A stretch of DNA of 64,000 bases from a virus: positions 26,764 to 90,763 of IMG/VR virus record IMGVR_UViG_3300050505_000309; one strand, written 5' to 3'. Position 1 is the stretch's first letter, and each line of letters begins with the position of its first letter. Below the pieces are notes generated by a model. That model was not told where the DNA came from. It saw nothing but the letters and a program-made list of their open reading frames with translations, and did not search any database. Positions 43,201 to 51,317 of the stretch are shown piece by piece. The translations under genes and the position numbers were made by a program.

Positions 43201-45649
43201 GCAGCTCCGTCGCCTGCGACCGCGCGCGCCGCTCGGCCTCCAGGGCGGTTTGGAGCTTGCCCTTGTACTCGTCGAGCGCCGCGATGTCCTTCGGGGTCAG
43301 TGAGGCGGTGGTGTCGTAGTTCTTCTCGGCGATCTGCCGCTCGCGCGTCTTCTCGGCCAGGAGCGCGTCGGCCGCTGCGATGCGCGTCGCGTACGAGAGC
43401 GACTTATCGTTGACCGTAAACTCCAACTCGATCTGGTTCTTGAGGATCGCCTTCTGCTTGGCGAGTTCCGCCGTCAGATCGATCATCTTCTTGAGCTGGC
43501 CGGACTGATCGCCCGGCTGGAGCTCAATGTTCTGCGCATTCTGAAGGGCCTGCGCGTTGGCGCGCGCGAGATCCTGCTGCTGCTTGGCCTGCGCCGCCGC
43601 CTCGGCGTCGAGGCGGGCCTGAGACGGCGGCAGGACGCCCCGGTAGGCCGCTTGCGGTGACGCGAAGCCCAGGAGCGCGGAGCCGGTGATGTTCGAGCCA
43701 GCCGCCCCCTGCGTGGCCGCCCCCGCCGCCCCGCCGGTCGCGCGGTTGGCTGCATCGATCAGCGCCTTGACGTCGCCGAGGTACTTGCGGAGCTCCTGGC
43801 CCGCGATGATCGCGGCCCGCGTGACGATGTCGAAGAGGCCAACGAGGCCGTCCGCTTGCCCCGGCTTGACTCCGGAGATCGCGTTGACGGTCAGGGTGAT
43901 CTCGTTGAAGAGTGCCCCCTTGAACCGTCCGGCCGCCGCACTGATGGTGTTGTTGAGTTCCTCCTGGGCCTTCTGCGTCCGACCGGCGGAGTCGGCGACG
44001 TCCTGGAGGGCCTTGGAGTACTGCGGGTAGAGCTCGACCAGTGTCTCGAGGGCGAGGGTCGCGCGCTTGTCCGGGAAGGCCGAGTTGATGAGGGCCTGCG
44101 TCTTGAGACTGTCGGTCCCCAGATCCCGGATCTTCTTGATGACCTCGTCCAGGAGCTTCGTCGCGTTGAGCGGGGCGTTCGGATCGAAGTCGATGCCGAA
44201 GGCCTTCGAGATCGCGCCCGGTCGCGTCTGGAGGTCAACGAGGAGTTGACGGAAGCCGGTGCCCGCCCGGCTGGCCGACTGCATACCGTTCGTCAACTGG
44301 ACGATGGCCGCCAACTGGACGTCGAGCGAGACGCCGGCCGCCTTCGCCACCGGCGCGACGTTCTGGAGCGCGGTCCGGAAGCCGTCGATGTCCTGGATTG
44401 ACGCGGCCGCCGAGCCGATCAGCTTGTCGGAGATCTGGAGGTACTTCTCCTGCGGCGTGATCGCGCTGGTGAGCGTGTCCCCGAACAGCTTGTAGAGCCC
44501 GACGAGGGTCCGCAGGATCTCTGTCTGATTGCCCTCGCCGAGGGACGCGAGCGTCAGCGCGGGCAGGAACGCCGCCCGGACCTGCTCGGAGTTGTTGCCG
44601 AGGGCCTTCTCCAACTCGAAGACGACCTTGCTCGCCTCGGTGAAGCTGACGCCGAGGCGCTGGTTCGCCTGCACCATCAGGTCGTAGGAGTCGCGGAGCA
44701 CGGTCGCCCGATCGGCCCCGTTGTCCATCGTGGCGGCGATCTTGGCGAGTTGCCGGTCGACCTCGACGAACTCCTCGGCCGCCGCGCCGATCTGGCGCAT
44801 GACCGTGTAGATGATCGTGAGGCCCGCCGCGATCTGGGCATACCGGCCGAGCTTGCCGAAGAAGCCCGAGACCGCGCCGTCGGCATCCCCTGCCGCCCCC
44901 ACGATGGCCTTCAGGTCGCGCTGGATGCTCTCGGCGGTCGCCTTGAGCGCGGCGGCGGCCTGGGGGCTCGCGGCCTCTGCGCCCCCCAGCAAGCCCTGCT
45001 GTTCCCCCGCAAGGACCGACGTGAAGGTCCCGATGCGCTGCTGAAGCTGCGGCGGGATCACCGTCCCGGTCGCCGAGGCCTTGATCTGGAGCGCGGCGAT
45101 CTTCTCGTAGGCGTTGGCGATCTGCGAGAGTTGCGAGAGTTGGCCGGTGAAGTTCCGCGCGGTCAGGGCGGCATTGGCGTCGCCGAGCCGCTGCTGCGCG
45201 ATCGCGGTCTTCTCAATCTCGGTCCGCTTGAACTGCTCGTTGGCGGCGAAGGCGCGCCCTTCGGTGAGGACGTCCTTCGCCTGTAGGGCCGCCTGCTTTT
45301 CCTCCTGGCCCCGCATGAAATCGAAGGTCTTCTGCGCTTCCTTCCGCTTCAGCTCCTCGTTCTGCTGGAAGGCGACCGTCGCGGCCTTGTCGAGCCGGAC
45401 GTCATAGAGGCCGCCCGCGATCTGCGCCTTCAGTTCAGAGAGGGACTTCTTCGCGGCCTCGATCTGCCGCTGGAGATCGTTGAAGGATTGCTGGGCCTCG
45501 CGGATCTGCTGGACGTTTGCCTCGACCTGGACGTTGACCGGCGGGATGCCCAGCTCGCGCGAGATGTTGGCAAGCTGCTGGCGCAGCGCCGAGACGTCGG
45601 CCCCGACGGTGAGCAGCAGATCCGGGGTGAACTGGCCTTCAGCCATCAC
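37298..45649 (-). CDS. tape measure protein (TP901-type), 2783 aa
   Basis: Follows G/GT; PhageMin_Tail-like region (FVEVDRQLAKIAAT...ALQNVAPVAKAAGVS); Ala/Gly/Gln-rich; FxxGG...VPAML..EFV motifs. Confidence 0.95.
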   Translation of the reverse strand: MMAEGQFTPDLLLTVGADVSALRQQLANISRELGIPPVNVQVEANVQQIREAQQSFNDLQRQIEAAKKSLSELKAQIAGGLYDVRLDKAATVAFQQNEELKRKEAQKTFDFMRGQEEKQAALQAKDVLTEGRAFAANEQFKRTEIEKTAIAQQRLGDANAALTARNFTGQLSQLSQIANAYEKIAALQIKASATGTVIPPQLQQRIGTFTSVLAGEQQGLLGGAEAASPQAAAALKATAESIQRDLKAIVGAAGDADGAVSGFFGKLGRYAQIAAGLTIIYTVMRQIGAAAEEFVEVDRQLAKIAATMDNGADRATVLRDSYDLMVQANQRLGVSFTEASKVVFELEKALGNNSEQVRAAFLPALTLASLGEGNQTEILRTLVGLYKLFGDTLTSAITPQEKYLQISDKLIGSAAASIQDIDGFRTALQNVAPVAKAAGVSLDVQLAAIVQLTNGMQSASRAGTGFRQLLVDLQTRPGAISKAFGIDFDPNAPLNATKLLDEVIKKIRDLGTDSLKTQALINSAFPDKRATLALETLVELYPQYSKALQDVADSAGRTQKAQEELNNTISAAAGRFKGALFNEITLTVNAISGVKPGQADGLVGLFDIVTRAAIIAGQELRKYLGDVKALIDAANRATGGAAGAATQGAAGSNITGSALLGFASPQAAYRGVLPPSQARLDAEAAAQAKQQQDLARANAQALQNAQNIELQPGDQSGQLKKMIDLTAELAKQKAILKNQIELEFTVNDKSLSYATRIAAADALLAEKTRERQIAEKNYDTTASLTPKDIAALDEYKGKLQTALEAERRARSQATELRREDANESIEISQKLAAQTEADQKKVVELFAKFTTEQSKLKEISPLERAVDEYKKLGDVLNSAQFAPLSPAQFSEINKMYIQIGEAINRYWVDPLLAITQLDYESGWDKFNKALKKNIEDAEKLRGITSAVTGKTAPTPEEVTQRSLERQVGVDAVTDQILKLRAEIGYTREEWIANIAAMKAGAKDFADLLRQINDESLPQADRDKKRAAATIITTKLLPQSDEATSLQIQKQTQDEQNRLDGLREGFGRVGEELNRYILARANWRKSYDDLTPKQQEEIDLLARTTEEMKNAAAAAGLVALGFSATDANSIAGQAGAVLERQKQIQDGINALKVLNDQQKVARDQQEQATQEIAKAAGQVGTYFVSALRQAANAAGDFFDDIKTLAQDTAKAMTSAFSDFFFNSFQDKLNAGKDAWKSFLDSMQRALADFMSKQLVKSFLNILTGTGDSGTGTGIPGAANLVSGVGSGFGNIVSNFQAGGLSAALFGLPPTTPSTVSTSPPGEPGAAGGPNSTSGVPRGTTGIVGSGGNISKDLSSAGAVAAAYTASQSVLKLTSELSTQRDRNSGTGGLAGTAVGGIIGSLFGATAIGAGAGGLIGSFLGGLFGSNTPPAGKFDELSRSISTVQTALEAAVKSSATFTDLYNTILGFQGGGALAAATRQPVQLAVGGQSVSNLTQEQFLTALRANPASLTASVQAGVSPDLLGPLNQEVVQTILAKVAALDDINRQISQTIAEISAEAVSPAATGIANLETLKEQAVNFRATVDQLIAGEQAQVASLESLLATTTDPAQILSYTTQIKKLIEDRYQNETQLVQQFAGQLDSLATSLKSVSKSIDDQIFQLQLSNFGPTNPLQGFQLAQGRFEAAKSAFQASPTPENAQALQALVDPLLKAASDVFTRPSPEYRAIYDEVIATLGDVKVSVDQQANDIQDALKAALGDSVSIQDLTQKNTASMASDMKSLLAIVSAQAAAAGINLNLGAGLLTGQNFPFPTGQVVAPTGPTPQGGNQTASTAAAFGVLGALGGGASLLGGAVSLSDKIGLTAWLQQTFPSIFGVKYNDTMLPGSGGAPGAGAGGVTVTNPQFALGSADFQSALASAMEAMNLQLTIPNINLNFGNLGSFSFSDLGSLDTNFSDIRAFQSGGHVPGMGVGDIVPAMLEPGEFVIPKKFAGPLRPWLEHLIGGNKSIPTGPRGLHFADGGTVPLTAQDVQALLLLQALLSVNSTQTQTQAQIAANTQLTAAILQQLAQRSGVSVNGAASPTTISIPSTPSVVGALGSPSATASAGGSGLTLQQFLTRLVASASGAGGTAGAHLPTTATAGGLITSSPSGGLASITGPGVPQGGGFLGPLGLAIQSGNPMAILKAASPLLGLLSTISTLSQATSGSGALLGGAPTTLGSLLGTLTGGLTLAGGLQSGNILQAIQGGISGGISLSDLISTLTSGAVPGATDLLSGLISDAATGLGIDLLPTDAIPYAGAVIKAALAAFQISEIATSNASDQDKAIAAAEIAAKTAAVLAAGPTFGASLAVTQILDFIDRLRAGQSFSQSIISANDPTAILGGQSGISGQIFYPSTAWQTFGTRLLETFQKGGTDISRLATDMQYVQSKEELGGLINSFRTWVQSDNGWPWYGQDTPDPYKIPAFPEAGGSAHEGGLNISLSDPINQIQAFIDQLLQVLPGNRVTSLGYFNQGPGVGLYNLSQSPPPQGLNQVQVAQGFSGESTNFATEIAGANLPVFVPDGAGGYQAITMNPQDVINGIAAGTLDPSPILDPRTGQWGITYTGTKGSLGFPSVSSLLSPYFQNFGQRPIPTVTLPNVSSVNLVQALAGADPNLLQSIVSPDGGGFALGGWVTGGSRGRDSVPAMLMPDEFVVPASIARENAAMLESLVSDGVYRPGSDVSAAARSGLYHSAGGVSQIALHIAEGAINISGAKDPKAVSREVLDAIEQNIRTGRLGQVIAARIRPARVGG

Positions 45650-46086
45650 TCACCGAACACTTCCTGCTCATCGGGGGCCGGGACATAGTCCTCGTCATCG
45701 GAGTCCTTGATCCGCCCGTACTCGAGATCGTCGGGCTGCTCCTCGCAGATCCAGTCGACGTAGCCGTACCACTGCTCCCACGCTTCCTGGTCCTCCTCCC
45801 CGCCAGAGCCCAGCGCCTTGAACTCCTCGGGCGGCGCGCCCTTACGCTTGGCTCGCTGCTTTTCCTCTTCCCTCGTCGCCTGCAACCACTGCGAGAAGTA
45901 CGCCGGATCCCGCCGCTCGAGCCGCGTCGGACGCGGGAAGTCCGCGTAGTGCGCGACGATCTCCTCGGTGTCGTCTAGCCATCGGCGACGGTGGTAGAGG
46001 GCGATGGTGAACGCCGGGAGCGCCGCGGGGTCTCGGTCGTTTCCCCAGGGGTACCGGTGTCCGGACTGGGCGACTCGCCAGATGGT
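45646..46086 (-). CDS. tail assembly chaperone T segment (-1 frame of GT)
   Basis: Frame entered at the slippery site: FFTIWRVAQSGHRYPW...; ends overlapping the TMP start. Confidence 0.85.
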   Translation of the reverse strand, partial: TIWRVAQSGHRYPWGNDRDPAALPAFTIALYHRRRWLDDTEEIVAHYADFPRPTRLERRDPAYFSQWLQATREEEKQRAKRKGAPPEEFKALGSGGEEDQEAWEQWYGYVDWICEEQPDDLEYGRIKDSDDEDYVPAPDEQEVFGE

Positions 46087-46799
46087 AAAAAACTCTTGTC
46101 CTCCGCCGTCTTGCGGACCGCCTTGTCCGACCGCTTGGCGAGAAACTGCTCCCGGAACTTCAAGAGCTGATCCCGGAGCTCGGGCATGAGGTGCCCGATG
46201 TAGTTCGGACTGGGAGTGTGGCCGTCCTCGAGGAACTCGTCGGCCGAGAACGCGGGCTCGCCGGTCTCCGGGTCGATCACCATCAGACAGAGCGTCTGAT
46301 TGATGTAGTCCTGGATGGCGCGCGCCTGCACGAACAGGGTCTCCTGCCGCCGCACGACGATCTCGCGGACCTCGGCCAACTCCATCTCCGCGAGCTCGGC
46401 CTTGCGCGCCTCCTCCCACTTCTTGGTGGCGGCCTCTTCTTTTTCCTTGGCCTTCTTGGTCTCTTCCTCACTCCCACCGGGCGCGAGGTCGGCCACGTTG
46501 GTCGCGGTGGGGCGCTCGAGATTCAGGAGCATGTCGATGCACATCTCGAGATTGAGGCCGCTGACCTGCTCGACCAGCGACTCGCGCGCGCCGCTCCCGG
46601 CCATCTCCGAGCGCACGCGGAACCGCGCGGACTCCAAGTCCTTGAGCAACGCCTGGTTCTGCTGCCAATCGAGCGCCTGAAGCCAGACCTTGTCGCCCGT
46701 TGGCTCGCCGTCGAGGCCGACGATCTCGTAACTCTCGCGGCCCCGGAAGAGATCGAACAGCCGTGTGGCCAGATTCCGCCCTGTCCCGTTCGTGCCCAT
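45975..46799 (-). CDS. tail assembly chaperone G
   Basis: GGAGG SD; lies between tail tube and TMP; contains the slippery site. Confidence 0.85.
   Translation of the reverse strand: MGTNGTGRNLATRLFDLFRGRESYEIVGLDGEPTGDKVWLQALDWQQNQALLKDLESARFRVRSEMAGSGARESLVEQVSGLNLEMCIDMLLNLERPTATNVADLAPGGSEEETKKAKEKEEAATKKWEEARKAELAEMELAEVREIVVRRQETLFVQARAIQDYINQTLCLMVIDPETGEPAFSADEFLEDGHTPSPNYIGHLMPELRDQLLKFREQFLAKRSDKAVRKTAEDKSFLPSGESPSPDTGTPGETTETPRRSRRSPSPSTTVADG
46086..46092 (-). promoter_or_regulatory. programmed -1 frameshift slippery heptamer U UUU UUA
   Basis: AGT TTT TTA (S-F-L) in the G frame; -1 frame reads F-F-T-I-W. Confidence 0.9.
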
Positions 46800-46816
46800 A
46801 TGTCCTCCAGTGAAGT

Positions 46817-46848
46817 GGTGCCACCTGAGCCGTAGCCCAGGTGGCACC
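46817..46848 (-). terminator. stable hairpin with C(UACG)G tetraloop after the major tail gene
   Basis: GGTGCCACCTG/CAGGTGGCACC arms plus 3 further pairs closing a UACG loop on the minus strand; no strong U-tract. Confidence 0.55.
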
Positions 46849-46875
46849 CGTGCGTGTGGTCGATGCGGCGGACGA

Positions 46876-47634
46876 CTAGGTCCGCAGCTTGTCCGGCCGG
46901 ACCGTCGGGTAGACGCCGGTGCCGGTGTAGAGGTAGTACACAGCCAGGTGCGTGACCGACGTCAGGTTGATCAGCGCCGCGAGCACTTCCGTCCAGGAGA
47001 TCGCCCCCGACGACGTGATCATCGCCGCCGACACGATCAGGTCTTCCTGGTCGAACGTGGCCCCAGCGTTGATCGCCTTGACGGCGACCGCGTAGTTGGT
47101 CTCACCCGGGACCAGCACCGGGGTCGCTCCGATGTTGGCCGCCCCGGAGGCGACCTTCTTCATGAGGATGGCCGCGTTCTGGAACTGACGCGGCAGGTTG
47201 CCGTTGCCGGTGATCTGGACGGCGGCCTTGGCCTCGGGGTTGCCCGACGGCATAGGCATACCCGGGGTCCACGACTCGAGGATCCAGCTCTTCACGTACT
47301 GGGTGTTCTGAGCGTTCTTGACGTTCGCCCAGATGTTCACGACCGTGAGGTCGTTGGTGTTGTACTGCCGGGGTGACGTGGTCCCCGCACCCGGGTCGTT
47401 CCCGGTGATCAGGTCCAGGATCGCGTTGTTGGTGTACTTGTCCAGCACGGTCACCGTCAGGGTGCCGTAGTTCTGGAGTCGATCGGTCTCCGGCGAGTCC
47501 TTGCCGAAGAGGTGAAAGATCTCGTCCTGCTGGTTGATGTCGGGGCTGGCCACGTTCATGTGGTCGATGAAGTAGCCCTCGACGAAGATGTCTTCCTTCT
47601 TCCGCCGCCGGAACCGCCGTCCGCCTAGCGCCAT
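46876..47634 (-). CDS. major tail (tube) protein
   Basis: Position before chaperones; beta-rich 252 aa; strong SD AAAGGAG; downstream hairpin. Confidence 0.8.
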   Translation of the reverse strand: MALGGRRFRRRKKEDIFVEGYFIDHMNVASPDINQQDEIFHLFGKDSPETDRLQNYGTLTVTVLDKYTNNAILDLITGNDPGAGTTSPRQYNTNDLTVVNIWANVKNAQNTQYVKSWILESWTPGMPMPSGNPEAKAAVQITGNGNLPRQFQNAAILMKKVASGAANIGATPVLVPGETNYAVAVKAINAGATFDQEDLIVSAAMITSSGAISWTEVLAALINLTSVTHLAVYYLYTGTGVYPTVRPDKLRT

Positions 47635-47655
47635 GGTGTCGCTCTCCTTTGTTGC

Positions 47656-48195
47656 CTATGCGTAGTGCACATCAAGTTCCATGAGGAACTTGTAGCGATC
47701 CGCCGGAACCGTCGGGGCGTTCGCCGGGATCATGCGCGCGCGAGCGGTAGTAACTTCCAGCCCTCCGGCTTCCTGGAGGACCTTCGAGTCGGCATCGTAG
47801 AAATCGAAGCCCTCGTCCCCGCACTGGTGGACGAAGATCTCGTAGAGATCACTCATCAGTCGGTCGCGATAGGCCTTGTTCTGGGCGTCGCTCCCCCGGC
47901 CGGTCACGAAGCCGTAGAGCGGGACCCGGTAGGTCGCCCCGAAGAGCGCTGCCCCGAAGAAGTCGGGCTCGGCCTCCGCCACCTCAAGCCCGCCGAGCGC
48001 GAGCGTCGGCACCGTGATCTTCATCAGGTCATCCGGGTACTCGGCCCGGATCATCAGGTCCGTGAAAAACTGCTTGAGCGTGCCGGTGGTAACCACGTTC
48101 GTGAGTTGGTTCTCCACGCTGTACGTGTTCGTGTTCAGGAAGCGAAAGAGCGAGAACTGGATGTTCTGGAGCGAGCGCTGGACGGTGAGGGTCAT
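47656..48195 (-). CDS. tail terminator-like protein
   Basis: Position; terminal DRYKFLMELDVHY strand pattern. Confidence 0.65.
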   Translation of the reverse strand: MTLTVQRSLQNIQFSLFRFLNTNTYSVENQLTNVVTTGTLKQFFTDLMIRAEYPDDLMKITVPTLALGGLEVAEAEPDFFGAALFGATYRVPLYGFVTGRGSDAQNKAYRDRLMSDLYEIFVHQCGDEGFDFYDADSKVLQEAGGLEVTTARARMIPANAPTVPADRYKFLMELDVHYA

Positions 48196-48869
48196 CGGAT
48201 CTCCCGCACCGCCGCCTGCGCCTCGCCGAGCAGGGCTTGCCGCAGGCGTCCCGTCCGCGCGAACAGGGTCGAGGCGTACATCCGCTGCGGCTTGAGCGTC
48301 TTCACCATCCGCCGGGTCAGGACGTCCTCTTCCGGCTCTAGGGTGCCCGGCAGCCCGCGCGGCCCGCGGTTTTCTGGGCGCGGCACGACCACCCAGGCCG
48401 CGCCCCCGCGCTCGAGCGTCTGGATGTAGGCCCGGTTGAACGGCAGCGTCGGCCCCTGGACCCCGCGCTTGCGCGTGTCCCAGGAGAAGCCGGTCCGCGC
48501 GTTGATCCACTCGGGATTGCCGATCCCGGCCACGATGCGGTCGAGCTGACGGCCGGTCGAGATGGGCTCCTGACTGATCGCTTCCCGGACCGGGATCATC
48601 GAGCCCAGCCGGAGGAAGCGCCCCCCGTTCGGCGTCCCTACCTCACCACCGGAGGACACGAGGTTGCCACCGGCGAGATTGTCCGGGACGCCCCGGGAGA
48701 GCATCTCGGCCTCCTCCTCGGAGGACGGCGCGCGTAGCGAGGCCTCCGTCCGGAGGAGTTGCATCTCCCGCGCGAGGCCGATCTGGAGCGCCTGCCCAAC
48801 CGCGTTCACGGCGCGGCGGAGCTTCTCCTGCCCGGTGGGCGTCAGGACGATCGCGCCGACCACCGCCAC
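48192..48869 (-). CDS. neck/tail completion protein (HK97 gp10-like position)
   Basis: Synteny; RAYIQTLERG...KPQRMY. Confidence 0.55.
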   Translation of the reverse strand: MAVVGAIVLTPTGQEKLRRAVNAVGQALQIGLAREMQLLRTEASLRAPSSEEEAEMLSRGVPDNLAGGNLVSSGGEVGTPNGGRFLRLGSMIPVREAISQEPISTGRQLDRIVAGIGNPEWINARTGFSWDTRKRGVQGPTLPFNRAYIQTLERGGAAWVVVPRPENRGPRGLPGTLEPEEDVLTRRMVKTLKPQRMYASTLFARTGRLRQALLGEAQAAVREIR

Positions 48870-49249
48870 TAGCGCTTCCCTTTCGTGTCCGCCGCCGCGC
48901 GCTGTTCCTCGCTCCGGCCGAACGCCGGGATCTCGCCCCCGTTGGCGAAGATCTGAAAGCACGCGAGCACCTGGTCCCGCATGGTCGAGATCTCGTTGTG
49001 GATCCGCCGGCGCGAGTAGGCGAACACGTCCTTGATCTGGGCGTGGATCGGCTCGAGGGCGGGGTCGCGGAGCAGGATGCCCTCCTGGAAGTCCAGGAAG
49101 TCGAGCAGGCTCCGCTTCGTCTGCCCCGCCGAGTTCGTCACGGACAGGATGAACTTCTCTCGCACCTTGTCCGTCGGGACCGGGACCGTGCGGGGGGCCG
49201 TCGACGTCGCCGTCGGCGACCCCTGGGTGATGCCGTTCTGCTCGCTCAT
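48869..49249 (-). CDS. hypothetical protein (126 aa)
   Basis: GTGAGG SD; coupled. Confidence 0.7.
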   Translation of the reverse strand: MSEQNGITQGSPTATSTAPRTVPVPTDKVREKFILSVTNSAGQTKRSLLDFLDFQEGILLRDPALEPIHAQIKDVFAYSRRRIHNEISTMRDQVLACFQIFANGGEIPAFGRSEEQRAAADTKGKR

Positions 49250-49626
49250 GCCACCCTCACTGCGGAGATGACGATCTCTCCGCTATCCGGAAATGGCGCG
49301 GCGCGCGTGACCGAGCACGTGATCCCGTCGACCACGAGCCGCACCCCCGAGGCCATCAACGCCCCCGAGTTCAAGATGTCTGTCGCCAGCATCAGGTCCG
49401 CATGCTCCGTCTCCCCGCCCGGCCCGCCCTGAAACGTCTGCTGCCCGCGCCACGCCCAGTCTCCCTGGAGCACCTGCGTCCCTGACGCCAAGATCGCCGG
49501 GTCGTCGTAGATGTCGGCCGCCTCGCCCGGTGCGGTCCGCACGACCGTGAAGTCGCGGTTCCACGCGCGCGCGCGGACGGCCTTGATCGCCGCGATCTGC
49601 GCGGCCGTCAGGAAGCCGGTGCCCAT
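49246..49626 (-). CDS. head closure / head-tail adaptor
   Basis: Beta-rich 126 aa, RLVVDGITCSVT pattern; synteny. Confidence 0.65.
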   Translation of the reverse strand: MGTGFLTAAQIAAIKAVRARAWNRDFTVVRTAPGEAADIYDDPAILASGTQVLQGDWAWRGQQTFQGGPGGETEHADLMLATDILNSGALMASGVRLVVDGITCSVTRAAPFPDSGEIVISAVRVA

Positions 49627-49841
49627 CAGGCATCCCGCCCTCGGTGCAGCAGGTCGCACATGGCTCGGTTGTCCTCGCCCCCCGCCTCACTGGCCGTCGA
49701 GGCTGGGGGATCCCCAAGCGGAGAGGCGATCTTGTCCGCGCTCCCCTTCCGGTTCGGCTGATGCTCTCCGCACCAGCCCACGCCGGCGTACATGAAGTCC
49801 TCCTCCGGATCGCACGCCGGGCAGACGGTCGGCAGCTCCAT
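49626..49841 (-). CDS. small Cys/His protein (71 aa)
   Basis: VCPACDP...WCGEH; TGATG overlaps. Confidence 0.55.
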   Translation of the reverse strand: MELPTVCPACDPEEDFMYAGVGWCGEHQPNRKGSADKIASPLGDPPASTASEAGGEDNRAMCDLLHRGRDA

Positions 49842-50002
49842 CACCCGCCGCCCCCCACCTGACGCCGCTCCGCTTCGGTGGAGAGTTCGGCCCGGGAAGC
49901 GGCAGAAACCGAGCCTCGGCGGATGTGGCACGCGCAGGCGCAACCCCGATGACACTCGCTGCCGTCCGCGCGCTGGAAACACCACGAGCACTGGCGCACC
50001 AC
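49841..50002 (-). CDS. small Cys-rich protein (53 aa)
   Basis: QCSWC...ECHRGCACACH; TAGTG overlap. Confidence 0.5.
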   Translation of the reverse strand: MVRQCSWCFQRADGSECHRGCACACHIRRGSVSAASRAELSTEAERRQVGGGG

Positions 50003-50247
50003 TAGCCCAGGACCGGCCCGAGCCCGAGGAATCCGTGGGCCAGCGGCTTCATGATCCCGAGAAACCCGAGGAGCCAGAGCAGCAGCACCACCGCCACGAT
50101 GAGACAGACCAGGAAGATCATGATCTGCACCAGCTTGGGATGGAGCGTGATCTCGAGCCACGTGATGAGCGCGTAGACCGCCGCCACCACCAACACGAAG
50201 CCAAGACACCAGACCAACGGAGCAACCGCCGGAGGAATCTGAAGCAT
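50002..50247 (-). CDS. small 2-TM membrane protein (81 aa)
   Basis: AGGAGG SD; two long hydrophobic helices. Confidence 0.75.
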   Translation of the reverse strand: MLQIPPAVAPLVWCLGFVLVVAAVYALITWLEITLHPKLVQIMIFLVCLIVAVVLLLWLLGFLGIMKPLAHGFLGLGPVLG

Positions 50248-50323
50248 CGCTACCTCCTTTTGAACAGCAGCCCGACGACCCGGGGCAGGTTACGAAGAAT
50301 CCGCAACCATGCCCCGAGTGCGC

Positions 50324-50824
50324 CTAGAAACGCCATTCGTATGTCGCGCTGAGGTCCTGGTTCGAGTTCCACTGGCTCGTGGTGAACGTCTGCCCCGACC
50401 CGAGCGTGCCGCCGGACGAGGTGTTATAGACGCCGATGGAGCCGATGGTGATGGCCGCCGTGTTGTCCGAGGACGACCAGGAAGCGGTCATCCGCAGGGT
50501 GCCGGTGGCCAGGGTCGACGCGGTCAGGGCCTTGCGGACGCGGGTTTCCCCGGTCAGCGAGGTCTGGGTCGCGTCGACCGCCGTGGACTGGGTGGCGAGC
50601 TGGAGGTGGCTGACCACCTTCGAGCCGGCCACCGCGCCGACGGTCGCCGCGATGTAGCTGTTGCGGCCGTCGTTGGTGATCGTGTTCTTGATCCAGCCCG
50701 AATCGCCGACGATCCGCAGTCGGCCGGTGCGGCGATCGCGCGTGCCCGCCTGGACGCGGCAGAACCCGCGTACCCGCACCGACTCGAACACCGGGCCACT
50801 CCGCTTCCTCGTCTTGGTCGCCAT
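50324..50824 (-). CDS. collar/fibre-base-like structural protein
   Basis: KNTITNDGR...TQTSLTGE..RK...IGSIGVYN...ATYEWRF collar-fibre N-domain pattern; GAGGAGG SD. Confidence 0.6.
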   Translation of the reverse strand: MATKTRKRSGPVFESVRVRGFCRVQAGTRDRRTGRLRIVGDSGWIKNTITNDGRNSYIAATVGAVAGSKVVSHLQLATQSTAVDATQTSLTGETRVRKALTASTLATGTLRMTASWSSSDNTAAITIGSIGVYNTSSGGTLGSGQTFTTSQWNSNQDLSATYEWRF

Positions 50825-50837
50825 GCAGGGTTCCTCC

Positions 50838-51317
50838 TTACCAGATCCAGGGGTAGAGCGAAGTCGGCAAGGCGACCGCGAGGTCCTTGGTCTCGCCGAG
50901 CTCCTCCGCGTGCACATCCGCCATGACTGCCGGCTGCGTCAGGCGCGGGAGCAGGTTGTCGATGTCCGCGCGCCATTCTTTCGTCCGCTTCGAGAGCCCG
51001 AGTTCCATGCCGCTGAGATCGGTCCGGCCGGCCACGTTGGAATGCACGATGGCCTGCGTGGAGGTGTCGAGCGCGCGCCCGCGGACCCATGCCCACGCGG
51101 AGAAGAGCACGACCAGCCGCTTCTCGATCTCGTTGGCGTCCCGGTCGAGCTTCACCCCGGTCAGCGTGAACGGCTGCGGGGCCTCGGCGTTGAAGGCCGC
51201 GACCCCGGCCTTGAGCAGGTTGATCCGATCGAGCGTCCCGACCGGCTGGGAGTCGCCGTCGACGCCGCCCCCCAGCTCGACGTTCAGGAAGGGCTCGAGC
51301 TCGCCCAGGTCAGTCAT
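50838..51317 (-). CDS. head-tail connector (adaptor)
   Basis: Helical 159 aa; synteny after capsid. Confidence 0.65.
   Translation of the reverse strand: MTDLGELEPFLNVELGGGVDGDSQPVGTLDRINLLKAGVAAFNAEAPQPFTLTGVKLDRDANEIEKRLVVLFSAWAWVRGRALDTSTQAIVHSNVAGRTDLSGMELGLSKRTKEWRADIDNLLPRLTQPAVMADVHAEELGETKDLAVALPTSLYPWIW

Noticed and set aside
39266-43303. 1345-aa + strand ORF
   Set aside because: Antisense shadow of the tape measure gene; Arg/Leu/Gly-rich with no motifs; long stop-free antisense frames are expected at this GC and codon bias
45646-46419. 257-aa ORF as an independent gene
   Set aside because: Its first part is out-of-frame G sequence; only the part after the slippery site (46086 downward) is real
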